NCBI RefSeq assembly: GCF_044377215.1
Contig: NZ_JBILJM010000010.1
Coordinates: forward strand, 13,276 to 77,275
Direction of reading: 5' to 3'
From: Aquirufa sp.
Lineage (GTDB): Bacteria; Bacteroidota; Bacteroidia; Cytophagales; Spirosomataceae
DNA: 64,000 nucleotides
Below, in pieces: positions 10,689 through 19,470 of the stretch. Made by a program: the position numbers and the translations under genes. The notes below the pieces were generated by a model, which saw nothing but the letters and a program-made list of their open reading frames with translations, was not told the origin of the DNA and did not search any database. Positions within the stretch are counted from its first letter, which is position 1. Every line of letters begins with the position of its first letter.

Positions 10689-10758
10689 TCATTTTAGGTA
10701 ATTTCAAAGCTAAATCGCCATTTAGTGGGCGTGTTCATTCTACAATACATTATATTTT

Positions 10759-12072
10759 ATGCGGAACGATTTGATCATTGGACTCGATATTGGTAGTTCA
10801 TTTATAAAGGCTGTAGCAGGCAAGCAAAATGCACAAGGTTTATTAGAGATTGTTGCGACAGGAAAAGCTTCTACGACAGGCTTTATTTTACATGGTGAAA
10901 TCGTCAATATCAATAAAACTTCGGCCGCTATATCTGAGGCAATTAATCAAATCGCGGTAGCACTTCCCGGGAAGACTAAAGAGTATTATTTCTCATCCAA
11001 CTTGTCTGGCAGTCATATCAATGTAAGTCCTTATACGATTACGAAACAGCGTAAAAATACATCTGATCCGGTAACTGTAAAGGAGATTTTAGAGATTACG
11101 GAGGAGGCAAAAAAATCGATTTCGGAGAAGAATCCGTGTGTATTACACACGTTACCGATCGGTTTTGTCGTGGGTTCTTTGCCTGAAACTTTGGATCCTA
11201 TTGGCCAAGTGGGCGCACGACTGCAAGGTGATTTTATGGTGATTACCGCACGTCAAGATAAATTCGATTTATTCCGAAAAACCTTAGCATCTGCTGAGTC
11301 TGATCACATTAAAGGGGGTAATTTATATTTTAGTCCGTTGGCAAGTTCTAGTTCCGTTTTAAGTGCAGAGGAAAAGCAGCAAGGTGTTGTATTAGTGGAT
11401 ATCGGCAGTGGAACGACTGAAATAAGTATTTTTCAAAATAAGCGATTAAAGCACGCTACCGTTTTAAACTGGGGTGGAGATCGCATAACTGAAGATATCA
11501 AAGTGGCTCTTGATGTGACCTTAGAGCACGCAGAAGCTCTCAAGGTTAATTTCGGTTCAGCCTTACAAAAATTAATTGAGATCAATGAAGTTGTCATGAT
11601 TCCAGGCATGGCGGGACGGAAACCGACGCCTATATCCGTTCGGAATTTGGCGATAATTATTGAGGAGCGCATGAAGGAATTGGCAGCAATTATTGTTGCT
11701 GAAATTCAAAAAACAACGAATATAACTGCATTGCGTGGTGGTATCGTCCTTTGTGGCGGCGGTGCAACCTTACCCTATATTGATGAATTATTCCAAAAAG
11801 TGACGGAGCTTGAGACGCGCGTCGGCATACCTAATGCCACCGCCTCAGACGAAATCAAGGACCCATCTTACGCTACGTCGGTAGGTCTTGTACAAGTTTA
11901 TTTTGACCAACTAGAAAATTCAGATGATTCAGCGCCTGAGACAAGTTCTCAGACGGAGTATAGCACAGTTAATGGTAATTCGACGAAGCAAAAACCACCA
12001 TCAATTAAATCGATTTTTGGTCGATTAGTAGAATCGCTTGTTGGCAGTGATGAAGAAGGCGGAGAATATTAG
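10759..12072 (+). CDS. ftsA: Cell division protein FtsA (divergent)
   Basis: GLDIGSS, VDIGSGTT, GGDRITEDI, CGGGATL and YATSVGLV actin-like ATPase motifs; C-terminal amphipathic helix. Confidence 0.88.
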   Translation: MRNDLIIGLDIGSSFIKAVAGKQNAQGLLEIVATGKASTTGFILHGEIVNINKTSAAISEAINQIAVALPGKTKEYYFSSNLSGSHINVSPYTITKQRKNTSDPVTVKEILEITEEAKKSISEKNPCVLHTLPIGFVVGSLPETLDPIGQVGARLQGDFMVITARQDKFDLFRKTLASAESDHIKGGNLYFSPLASSSSVLSAEEKQQGVVLVDIGSGTTEISIFQNKRLKHATVLNWGGDRITEDIKVALDVTLEHAEALKVNFGSALQKLIEINEVVMIPGMAGRKPTPISVRNLAIIIEERMKELAAIIVAEIQKTTNITALRGGIVLCGGGATLPYIDELFQKVTELETRVGIPNATASDEIKDPSYATSVGLVQVYFDQLENSDDSAPETSSQTEYSTVNGNSTKQKPPSIKSIFGRLVESLVGSDEEGGEY

Positions 12073-13325
12073 TCCTTTTTTCGCCACGGTTTTTTCTTTC
12101 CTCCTTTGTTGAAACCTCCACCTGAAAAAGCAGGCTTTTTTGTCTCTGGGGAATAATCTGGAACAGGGCCAAATTCTTCTGGAACCGGTGATTTGGTTAC
12201 CTCTTTTTCCAATAAGCGTTCAATAGCGGCGAATTTCCGTTGCTCAGCTTCTGTAATTAATGTGTAGGCAGTACCTTTTGTCTGCGCGCGGGCTGTTCGA
12301 CCAATTCGGTGAATGTAATCTTCCCCGTCGTTTGGTACATCATAATTCACGACTAATTCTATTTCATCAATATCAATACCCCGGCTCAATATATCCGTTG
12401 CCACCAAAATCTTGGTCTTCTTATTCCTGAAATCTTGCAATACTTGCTCACGTACATCTTGCTCCAAATCCGAATGAATTTCCTCTACCGAGAACCGTGC
12501 ACGCTTTAGGTCGGCCGTCAACGATTTTACATTCTGTTTCCGTGAACAGAAAACAATCACGCGGGTATAATCTTGGCGCTTCAACAAATGTTTCACCAAA
12601 GGACTTTTTTGATTTTCATATACCACAAAGGCTTCTTGAACAATGGCCTCTGGGGGTTTCGAAACAGCGATATTTACTTCGACGGGATTTTGCATCAACT
12701 TACGTGCGAGGTCGCGCATTTTTGGCGGCATGGTCGCTGAAAACAAGAGATTTTGACGCACCTTGGGTAAATGTCCTGTAATTTTCATTAGGTCATCGTG
12801 AAAGCCCATGTCCAACATCCGGTCGGCCTCATCAAGTACCAAATACTTTACATGAGACAAATCGACATACCCCATATTTAAATGGGCAATCATGCGGCCC
12901 GGCGTACAAACCACGAGGTCCACTCCAGACGTCAACGCATTTTTTTCTGTCGTAAATGAGTTTCCATCGCCGCCGCCATAAACTGGCATGCAACTAACAT
13001 TCGTGAAGTAACCCAAACCTTCCATATTCCCAGCAATCTGCACGGCAAGTTCCCGAGTTGGTACAATAATCAATGCATTGATATGCGCATCTGAATGATC
13101 TTCAGTTAAGATTTTATGGATGATTGGCAATAAAAAAGCAGCTGTCTTTCCTGTACCTGTCTGAGCCGAAGCTAGGACATCTTGCCCAGCTAAAATTGGC
13201 TTCATCACCTGCTCCTGAACCGGCGTTGCCGTTTTGTAGCCCATAGAATCAATACCTTCTAATAATCGTTCGGCTAAGCCAAGTTCTTTAAATGTCAAAA
13301 TGTTTTTTTTAAGACTTTCAGTCAC
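12069..13325 (-). CDS. DEAD-box RNA helicase (RhlE-like)
   Basis: Q motif, AQTGTGKT, PTRELA, DEADRMLDMGF, SAT and HRIGRTARA motifs. Confidence 0.93.
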   Translation of the reverse strand: MTESLKKNILTFKELGLAERLLEGIDSMGYKTATPVQEQVMKPILAGQDVLASAQTGTGKTAAFLLPIIHKILTEDHSDAHINALIIVPTRELAVQIAGNMEGLGYFTNVSCMPVYGGGDGNSFTTEKNALTSGVDLVVCTPGRMIAHLNMGYVDLSHVKYLVLDEADRMLDMGFHDDLMKITGHLPKVRQNLLFSATMPPKMRDLARKLMQNPVEVNIAVSKPPEAIVQEAFVVYENQKSPLVKHLLKRQDYTRVIVFCSRKQNVKSLTADLKRARFSVEEIHSDLEQDVREQVLQDFRNKKTKILVATDILSRGIDIDEIELVVNYDVPNDGEDYIHRIGRTARAQTKGTAYTLITEAEQRKFAAIERLLEKEVTKSPVPEEFGPVPDYSPETKKPAFSGGGFNKGGKKKPWRKKD

Positions 13326-13389
13326 TAGTCGCTAGTCACCAGTCATGTTATGTATATTATTATCTCTAACCTCTTAACTCTCACCTCTA
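13320..13389. repeat. Two degenerate heptamer tandem arrays
   Basis: AGTCACT-AGTCGCT-AGTCACC-AGTCATG (13320-13347) and ATCTCTA-ACCTCTT-AACTCTC-ACCTCTA (13362-13389). Confidence 0.6.
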
Positions 13390-13965
13390 AAAACCCATTT
13401 CCTTTTCAATCAACTGAATCAGAATATGAATCACTTTAATATGAATTTCTTGAATACGATCCGCATAACCAAAGTGGTCCACGCGCACTTCGAAGACGTT
13501 TTCGCAGGAGGCCAACTGTCCGCCATCTTTTCCCGTTAGTAAAACGACAGCCATGCCTTTGGCTTGCGCAGCTTTTACAGCTTCAATGATGTTTGCAGAA
13601 TTACCGCTGGTTGATAGTCCAAACAACACATCACTTGCATTTCCCAAGCCCTCAATAAACCGAGAGAACACGTAATTATACCCGAAATCATTACTTACAC
13701 AGGAAATATGCGATGGGTCCGAAATCGCCATGGCAGCTAAAGCTGGTCGGTTTTCCCGGTAACGGCCCGACAACTCTTCCGCGAAATGCATGGCATCACA
13801 ATGGCTTCCACCATTTCCACAGGCAATGATTTTTTTGCCTTGTTGGAGTGCGCCAACTAAACATTTTGCTGCATTTTCGATGGATTGAATTTTAGCCGGA
13901 TTACTAAAAAACTGATCTAAAACTTGTTGGGCTTCCTGAAGATTGGCTTGAATAATATCTTTCAA
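13387..13965 (-). CDS. gmhA: D-sedoheptulose 7-phosphate isomerase (TTG start)
   Basis: [29 protein letters not shown] and RIQEIH motifs. Confidence 0.93.
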   Translation of the reverse strand: MKDIIQANLQEAQQVLDQFFSNPAKIQSIENAAKCLVGALQQGKKIIACGNGGSHCDAMHFAEELSGRYRENRPALAAMAISDPSHISCVSNDFGYNYVFSRFIEGLGNASDVLFGLSTSGNSANIIEAVKAAQAKGMAVVLLTGKDGGQLASCENVFEVRVDHFGYADRIQEIHIKVIHILIQLIEKEMGF

Positions 13966-13982
13966 CTGCTTTTAATTTTGCA

Positions 13983-13990
13983 CAAAGATA
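13983..13990 (-). promoter_or_regulatory. -7 box TATCTTTG for gmhA
   Basis: CAAAGATA on + strand 17 nt upstream of the gmhA start. Confidence 0.5.
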
Positions 13991-13998
13991 GTCATTAT

Positions 13999-14745
13999 TT
14001 AAAAATCCCCACCGGCTCCGCCACCACCGAAATCTCCGCCTCCAAATCCGCCAAAATCAAATCCGCCGCCGCCCGAAGAACCTCCCCGATCAAAGCCCCC
14101 TCCTCCAAAGAAAACAGGAGGGAAAAACATTCCACCTCCATGTGAGCCAGGACCAGAACCACCATTGCGGTTACGATACGCCTTAATTAAAGAAAGAACT
14201 ACAAAAACAAGTACAATGATAACAACAACCGGAATTCCTTCTGGATCAGTAGTGCCCTCAGACTGAAATTGTCCAGAGGCGCGTTGCATCATCTCGGTCG
14301 TCGCCACATCCAGCCCACCGTAATAATCACCCCGTTTAAAATAGGGCTTCAAAATTCGATTAATGATTCGTTTACACGTTGCATCTGGCAAAACATCCTC
14401 AATTCCACGTCCCGTCACAATCCGAATCTTCCGATTGTCCATGGAGACCAAAATCACAACACCATTATTCTTTTCTTTTTGGCCAACTCCCCACGTTTTA
14501 CCAATCGCAATCGCGTAATCGTAGGGATCTGAATTGCCTATTGTGGGGACCAATACAATCGCAAATTGTGTGGAAGTAGTATCCGCATAACCACGTAGCT
14601 TTTGTTCTAATTGCTGAACCTCATCCGACTTCATTAAACCAGCCTGGTCTAATACGTAACCATTGGGTTTGGCAGGGATATCCTGTCCGAAAACCTGCAG
14701 GTTAATTAATATCAAGCCAATAAATAACCAAACTCTATTCCCCAT
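13999..14745 (-). CDS. TPM domain protein with TM helix and Gly-rich tail (YgcG family; start refined)
   Basis: V.DQAGLM, WGVGQKEKNNGV and GRGIEDVLPD motifs; FGGFGGGDFGGGGAGGDF tail. Confidence 0.88.
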   Translation of the reverse strand: MGNRVWLFIGLILINLQVFGQDIPAKPNGYVLDQAGLMKSDEVQQLEQKLRGYADTTSTQFAIVLVPTIGNSDPYDYAIAIGKTWGVGQKEKNNGVVILVSMDNRKIRIVTGRGIEDVLPDATCKRIINRILKPYFKRGDYYGGLDVATTEMMQRASGQFQSEGTTDPEGIPVVVIIVLVFVVLSLIKAYRNRNGGSGPGSHGGGMFFPPVFFGGGGFDRGGSSGGGGFDFGGFGGGDFGGGGAGGDF

Positions 14746-15160
14746 ACGAAAGCTCATCCGACAATTCATTCACATCTTCCCGTTGGTACGGAAAATAAAC
14801 AGCTAAAGCCTCTCCGATTCGGCGAACGCCTAAAGCAAGACCTGAACCATACTCGTTTTTAGCTAATAAAGGACGCATCTCATCCCGAATGGTTTCCCAA
14901 AATTCGACAGGAACGTTTGCATCAATTCCTTTATCTCCTATGATTGAGAACTTCCGATCTTTAACAGCTAAATACACCAAAACACCATTCTGCAAATCAG
15001 TCTGGTGCATGCCTAATTGAAAAAAGAGCACCTTCGATCGCTCGATCGGGTGCCCTTCGCAATGACTTTCCACATGCACACGAATCTCTCCAGAAGTCTT
15101 TTTTTCGGCCTCCTGAATCGCTTGAATAATTTCCGCTTCGTGTGCTGCGCTTAACTGCAT
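14735..15160 (-). CDS. TPM domain protein (start refined to MQLSAAHE)
   Basis: AEKKTSGEIRVH, NGVLVY, IIGDKGI and DVNELSD motifs. Confidence 0.85.
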   Translation of the reverse strand: MQLSAAHEAEIIQAIQEAEKKTSGEIRVHVESHCEGHPIERSKVLFFQLGMHQTDLQNGVLVYLAVKDRKFSIIGDKGIDANVPVEFWETIRDEMRPLLAKNEYGSGLALGVRRIGEALAVYFPYQREDVNELSDELSYGE

Positions 15161-15161
15161 C

Positions 15162-15755
15162 TTATTTCTTCTCGTCGAAATTAACCTCAGGTGCTTTTTC
15201 AGAACCTGCCTCCGCTTGGAAAAATCCCTTCTCAGCAAAACCAGAGAACGAAGCAATTAAATTGCTTGGGAAAGTTACTATGATGGAATTGTAGTTTTTC
15301 ACCGACGTATTAAAGCGATCACGCTCTTCTTTGATACGGTTTTCAGTACCCTCCAATTGTGCTTGCAATTCAGAGAAATTTTCTGTCGCACGCAATTGTG
15401 GATAATTTTCTGTCACAACCAAAAGTCGGGATAATGCTCCACTCAAACTACTTTGAGCCGCTTGGTATTTTTGTAAATTTTCTGGACTCAAATCTTTCGC
15501 ATCCAATTTCATTTGTGTAGCCGATGCACGCGCTTGAATAACCGCAGTCAATGTCGACTTTTCAAAATTAGCTACTCCCTGTACCGTTTTAACCAAATTA
15601 GGAATCAAATCCGAACGTCTTTGATACGCACTCTGTACATTCGCCCAAGAAGCCTTTACTTCCTGATCACTTGTGGCCATGCTATTTCTCGATCCAATCC
15701 CCCAAAAAATCACCAAAGCAATTACGCCTAAACCAATCCAAATTTTCTTATTCAT
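15162..15755 (-). CDS. lemA: LemA family protein
   Basis: WANVQSAYQRRSDLIPNLV, ENYPQLRA and QLEGTENRI motifs. Confidence 0.93.
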   Translation of the reverse strand: MNKKIWIGLGVIALVIFWGIGSRNSMATSDQEVKASWANVQSAYQRRSDLIPNLVKTVQGVANFEKSTLTAVIQARASATQMKLDAKDLSPENLQKYQAAQSSLSGALSRLLVVTENYPQLRATENFSELQAQLEGTENRIKEERDRFNTSVKNYNSIIVTFPSNLIASFSGFAEKGFFQAEAGSEKAPEVNFDEKK

Positions 15756-15786
15756 CGTTTTAAAAATTAAAGGTTTTTTGTACCCG

Positions 15787-15794
15787 CAAAGATA
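15787..15794 (-). promoter_or_regulatory. -7 box TATCTTTG for lemA-TPM-TPM
   Basis: CAAAGATA on + strand 31 nt upstream of lemA. Confidence 0.5.
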
Positions 15795-15892
15795 TGCATA
15801 TAAACAGTTTCCCTACGAATTTTTCCATCAAAATGCTTTTTCAAGGATAAACGTTCCTTTTCCCTCCATTATTTTATTTTTATCTTGTGCAC

Positions 15893-17953
15893 ATGTTAAA
15901 AAATATACCAAATCCTCCGCAAGCAACTGAAATTCCACACGCATTAACGATACATGGTGACTGCCGACAAGACCCCTATTTTTGGCTAAATAATCCTGAA
16001 AATCCCGCAGTCATCGACTACATGACACTAGAAAATGCGTATACTGAAAGCGTACTCAAGCCTACAGAAGCATTACAAAATGCGTTATTTGAGGAAATGA
16101 AAGGGCGCATGGTCGCCGACGAGCAATCTGTTCCTTATTTTAATGGCAAAGATTGGTTCTACCACCGCTACGAAACCGGTGGGGAATACCCACTTTATTG
16201 TCGAAAAAAAAGCAGCCTCGATGCGCCAGAGGAAATACTTTTGCATGGGAACCAACTCGGAAAAGACGAAGCGTACTTCGCCGTAGGCGGTTTGGCATTA
16301 TCCGATAATGACCAAATTCTGGCTTATGCCACCGATACGGTGAGTCGGCGCAATTACACGGTTTACTTTAAAAATATGCAGACGGGTGAATTACTCGCCG
16401 ACAAGATTGAAAATACCGAAGGGGGATCCTATGCGTGGTCGGCAGATTCACAGTACTTTTTCTACCTGCTCCGCGACCCACAAACTTTACTGGCCTCCAA
16501 GGTACTCCGCCATCAAATAGGGGCCGATTCCTCGCTAGATGTACTCGTTTATGAAGAAAAAAACGAGGAATGTTACATGGGGCTGAGCCGGAGCAAGTCG
16601 AAGGAATATATCTTTAGTGTGTCGAGCCAACAAGGCGTTTATTCGGAATACAGGATATTAAAGACAGATAACCCAACGGGGTCTTTCGAGGTATTTCAGC
16701 CAGGCGAACGTGGCTTGGAATACTTTATTGAACACCAAGCTGATCGTTTTTTGATACGAACAAATTTTCAAGAGGCGACCAATTTTCAATTAATGGCTTG
16801 CCCAGTAGATGGGCCCACCCACAAGTCGCATTGGCAAACCGTGGTTGCCCATCGCCCCGATGTTTTCCTAGAGGATTTTGATGCGACGACAGCGTGGATT
16901 GCCTTAGAAGTAAAAACGAATGGCCTCTCGCAAATTCAATTGATTCAAGGGGATTCCAATGAATTCATTCGGATGGATGAGGAAGTTTTTCAAGTCAATA
17001 TTGGAATAAATGCCCATTATCGGAGTCATACCCTTCGGTATAATTACACGTCACTTACTTGTCCAAATTCAGTTTTGGAATACGACACAAACTCTAATAA
17101 ATCAACTTTATTAAAGGAGGATCGGGTACTTGGGGAATTTGATAAGAACGCATATCAGTCGGAGCGCCTCTGGGCCACGGCGCGGGATGGTGCGAAAGTG
17201 CCTATTTCGTTGGTCTACAAAAAAGGTTATCAAAATGGCCCTTTATTACTCTACGCCTATGGTTCGTATGGCTACAGCATGGATCCTTATTTTTCTTCTA
17301 GTCGTTTGTCATTGTTGGATCGTGGATTTGCTTTTGCTATCGCGCACATTCGCGGCGGGCAGGAAATGGGACGGCACTGGTATGAAGACGGGAAAATGAT
17401 GCGTAAAATGAATACGTTCACTGATTTCATTGATTGTGGGAAACATTTAGTTTCCATCGGAAAGGTTGATGCGAATCGATTATTCGCTCAAGGTGGCTCA
17501 GCTGGAGGAATGCTGATGGGGGGAATTATCAACATGGCACCCGAATTATTTGCTGGTGTGATTGCGGCGGTACCATTTGTGGATGTGGTCACGACGATGT
17601 TGGATGAAACGATACCGTTGACGACTGGCGAATGGGAAGAGTGGGGGAATCCGAAAAACGAGGAACATTACCATTACATGAAATCGTATTCGCCCTATGA
17701 TAATGTGAAGGAGCAAGCGTATCCGCATTTATTTGTCACAACGGGATTACACGATTCGCAAGTACAGTATTGGGAACCTGCCAAATGGGTCGCGAAACTG
17801 CGTAAATTAAAAACCGATAACACGATCTTATTGCTCGACTGTGATATGTCGGCCGGTCACGGTGGCGCCTCTGGACGTTACAAACGCTTCAAAGATATTG
17901 CGAAAGATTTCGCGTTTTTGATTGGCATTAATGAGACGATTGCTGCGCAATAA
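15893..17953 (+). CDS. ptrB: Oligopeptidase B / protease II (S9A)
   Basis: GGSAGG nucleophile, GLHDSQVQYWEPAKW and AGHGGASGR catalytic motifs. Confidence 0.92.
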   Translation: MLKNIPNPPQATEIPHALTIHGDCRQDPYFWLNNPENPAVIDYMTLENAYTESVLKPTEALQNALFEEMKGRMVADEQSVPYFNGKDWFYHRYETGGEYPLYCRKKSSLDAPEEILLHGNQLGKDEAYFAVGGLALSDNDQILAYATDTVSRRNYTVYFKNMQTGELLADKIENTEGGSYAWSADSQYFFYLLRDPQTLLASKVLRHQIGADSSLDVLVYEEKNEECYMGLSRSKSKEYIFSVSSQQGVYSEYRILKTDNPTGSFEVFQPGERGLEYFIEHQADRFLIRTNFQEATNFQLMACPVDGPTHKSHWQTVVAHRPDVFLEDFDATTAWIALEVKTNGLSQIQLIQGDSNEFIRMDEEVFQVNIGINAHYRSHTLRYNYTSLTCPNSVLEYDTNSNKSTLLKEDRVLGEFDKNAYQSERLWATARDGAKVPISLVYKKGYQNGPLLLYAYGSYGYSMDPYFSSSRLSLLDRGFAFAIAHIRGGQEMGRHWYEDGKMMRKMNTFTDFIDCGKHLVSIGKVDANRLFAQGGSAGGMLMGGIINMAPELFAGVIAAVPFVDVVTTMLDETIPLTTGEWEEWGNPKNEEHYHYMKSYSPYDNVKEQAYPHLFVTTGLHDSQVQYWEPAKWVAKLRKLKTDNTILLLDCDMSAGHGGASGRYKRFKDIAKDFAFLIGINETIAAQ

Positions 17954-18776
17954 GCATGCGATCGTTGCCATTAAAATCTTGTACTACTTGAATATTTTCA
18001 AATCCTTGAGCTTCGGCTAAGGAAATATTTTGTGCGCCAAAAGCCCGGTTGATTTCAAAGCAAAGGTGTCCTCCAGGCGTTAAACGCGCCTGAGCCATTT
18101 CGCCAATAACCCGATAAAATCTCAATGGATCTTCATCTGGGACAAATAAAGCGAGGTGGGGTTCGTGATCCAACACATGTGCTTCCATATCAATTTTTTC
18201 ACTTTCCAATACATACGGTGGATTTGAAACGATGATATCCCACATTTGGCCTTCTTTTTCCCAGGCAAAAACATCCTGTTGCTTAAAAATTACATTCGCT
18301 CCTAATTCTTCCGCATTCTCTCGGCCTTTTTCAATCGCCTCGGATGCCACATCCCACGCTGTCACCTGCGCGTGCGGCGCCTCTAAAGCTAGGGTAATTG
18401 CGATGCAACCAGATCCGCTTCCTATATCAAGTATATGTTTTTCTTTATTGCCTATTAGCTTTAAAACCTGACCCACTAATTCCTCTGTTTCCGGCCGTGG
18501 AATCAGCGTAGCGGAATTCAAGGAAAATAGTCGGTCGAAAAAATAAGCCTTCTCTGTCACGTATTGTAGGGGTACCCCGGCGGATAAACGAGCTAAATCA
18601 GCCGTAAAATCAGCCGGCTCCTCCACCGCTTTATCCATCAGAATTTCCAAGGTATTCACACCACACTTCATGTTCAAATACGCATGTGCAATAGCCCTCG
18701 CCTCTGCAGCGGAATATTTAAAAACAATTGCTTGTTGGATTTGTTGAGATAATGCGTTTACTGATACAAGAAACAT
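17928..18776 (-). CDS. prmC: Release factor glutamine methyltransferase
   Basis: LIPRPETEEL, LDIGSGSGCIA, SNPPY and HEPHLALF motifs. Confidence 0.93.
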   Translation of the reverse strand: MFLVSVNALSQQIQQAIVFKYSAAEARAIAHAYLNMKCGVNTLEILMDKAVEEPADFTADLARLSAGVPLQYVTEKAYFFDRLFSLNSATLIPRPETEELVGQVLKLIGNKEKHILDIGSGSGCIAITLALEAPHAQVTAWDVASEAIEKGRENAEELGANVIFKQQDVFAWEKEGQMWDIIVSNPPYVLESEKIDMEAHVLDHEPHLALFVPDEDPLRFYRVIGEMAQARLTPGGHLCFEINRAFGAQNISLAEAQGFENIQVVQDFNGNDRMLIAQQSSH

Positions 18777-18805
18777 ACGCTTAATTTCGTTTGTCTGTGG
18801 GATGA

Positions 18806-18838
18806 AGCTTTGCCAAACCTTACAGGATTGGCAAAGCT
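18806..18838. repeat. 33 bp intergenic palindrome, copy 1 (REP-like)
   Basis: AGCTTTGCCAAACCTTACAGGATTGGCAAAGCT; 28/33 identical to the copy at 43001. Confidence 0.7.
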
Positions 18839-18877
18839 AAGGAACAATAAGTTATTTGGCAACGTGAAAAAATATCC

Positions 18878-18885
18878 TATATTTG
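18878..18885 (+). promoter_or_regulatory. -7 box TATATTTG for the GMC module
   Basis: TAnnTTTG match 21 nt before ATG 18907. Confidence 0.55.
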
Positions 18886-18906
18886 AAGCGTAAAATTTAA
18901 TTAACT

Positions 18907-19470
18907 ATGAACTTAAACAGACGGAAAGCCCTTGAACGGCTTAGCATCTTGATGGGTGGCATGATTTCTGCCCCCGCTTTGGCTGGTATTCAGGGACAAA
19001 AATCGCATCCCACCTTTGTGCAATTCAATGCTACACAAGAATCACTCGTAGCTGAAATCGCCGACATTATCATTCCTACAACCGATACACCAGGAGCTAA
19101 AGCGGCTGGCGTGGAAAAATTCATATTGCGTGTCGTGCAAGATTGTTACCCAGAAGCAAGCCAAAAAGTATTTGCAACTGGTTTGGCAAAATTAGATGCC
19201 GATTGTCAATCACGTTTCGGAAAGGGCTTTACTGAAGCAAGCATTACCCAGCGTAAAGACGCACTAACAACATGTATGTTAGAATCCGATGCCGCACGGA
19301 AAACGGCAAAGGGCCAACCGACCTTCTTCTTCATGATTAAGGAATTGACAACCACTGGTTATTTTACATCTGAAATCGGAGCAACCAAAGCATTGGATTA
19401 CCTTTCGATTCCAGGCAAATTTGACGGCTGCATGCCATTATCTCCAACTCAAAAAACGTGGGCACTATGA
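18907..19470 (+). CDS. Gluconate 2-dehydrogenase subunit 3 family (LacC-like chaperone/small subunit), Tat signal
   Basis: NRRKAL twin-arginine leader; IIPTTDTPGA and GYFTSEIG motifs. Confidence 0.85.
   Translation: MNLNRRKALERLSILMGGMISAPALAGIQGQKSHPTFVQFNATQESLVAEIADIIIPTTDTPGAKAAGVEKFILRVVQDCYPEASQKVFATGLAKLDADCQSRFGKGFTEASITQRKDALTTCMLESDAARKTAKGQPTFFFMIKELTTTGYFTSEIGATKALDYLSIPGKFDGCMPLSPTQKTWAL

Noticed and set aside
14010-14165. CCACC/CCGCC repeats
   Set aside because: They simply encode the known Gly-rich tail of TPM proteins
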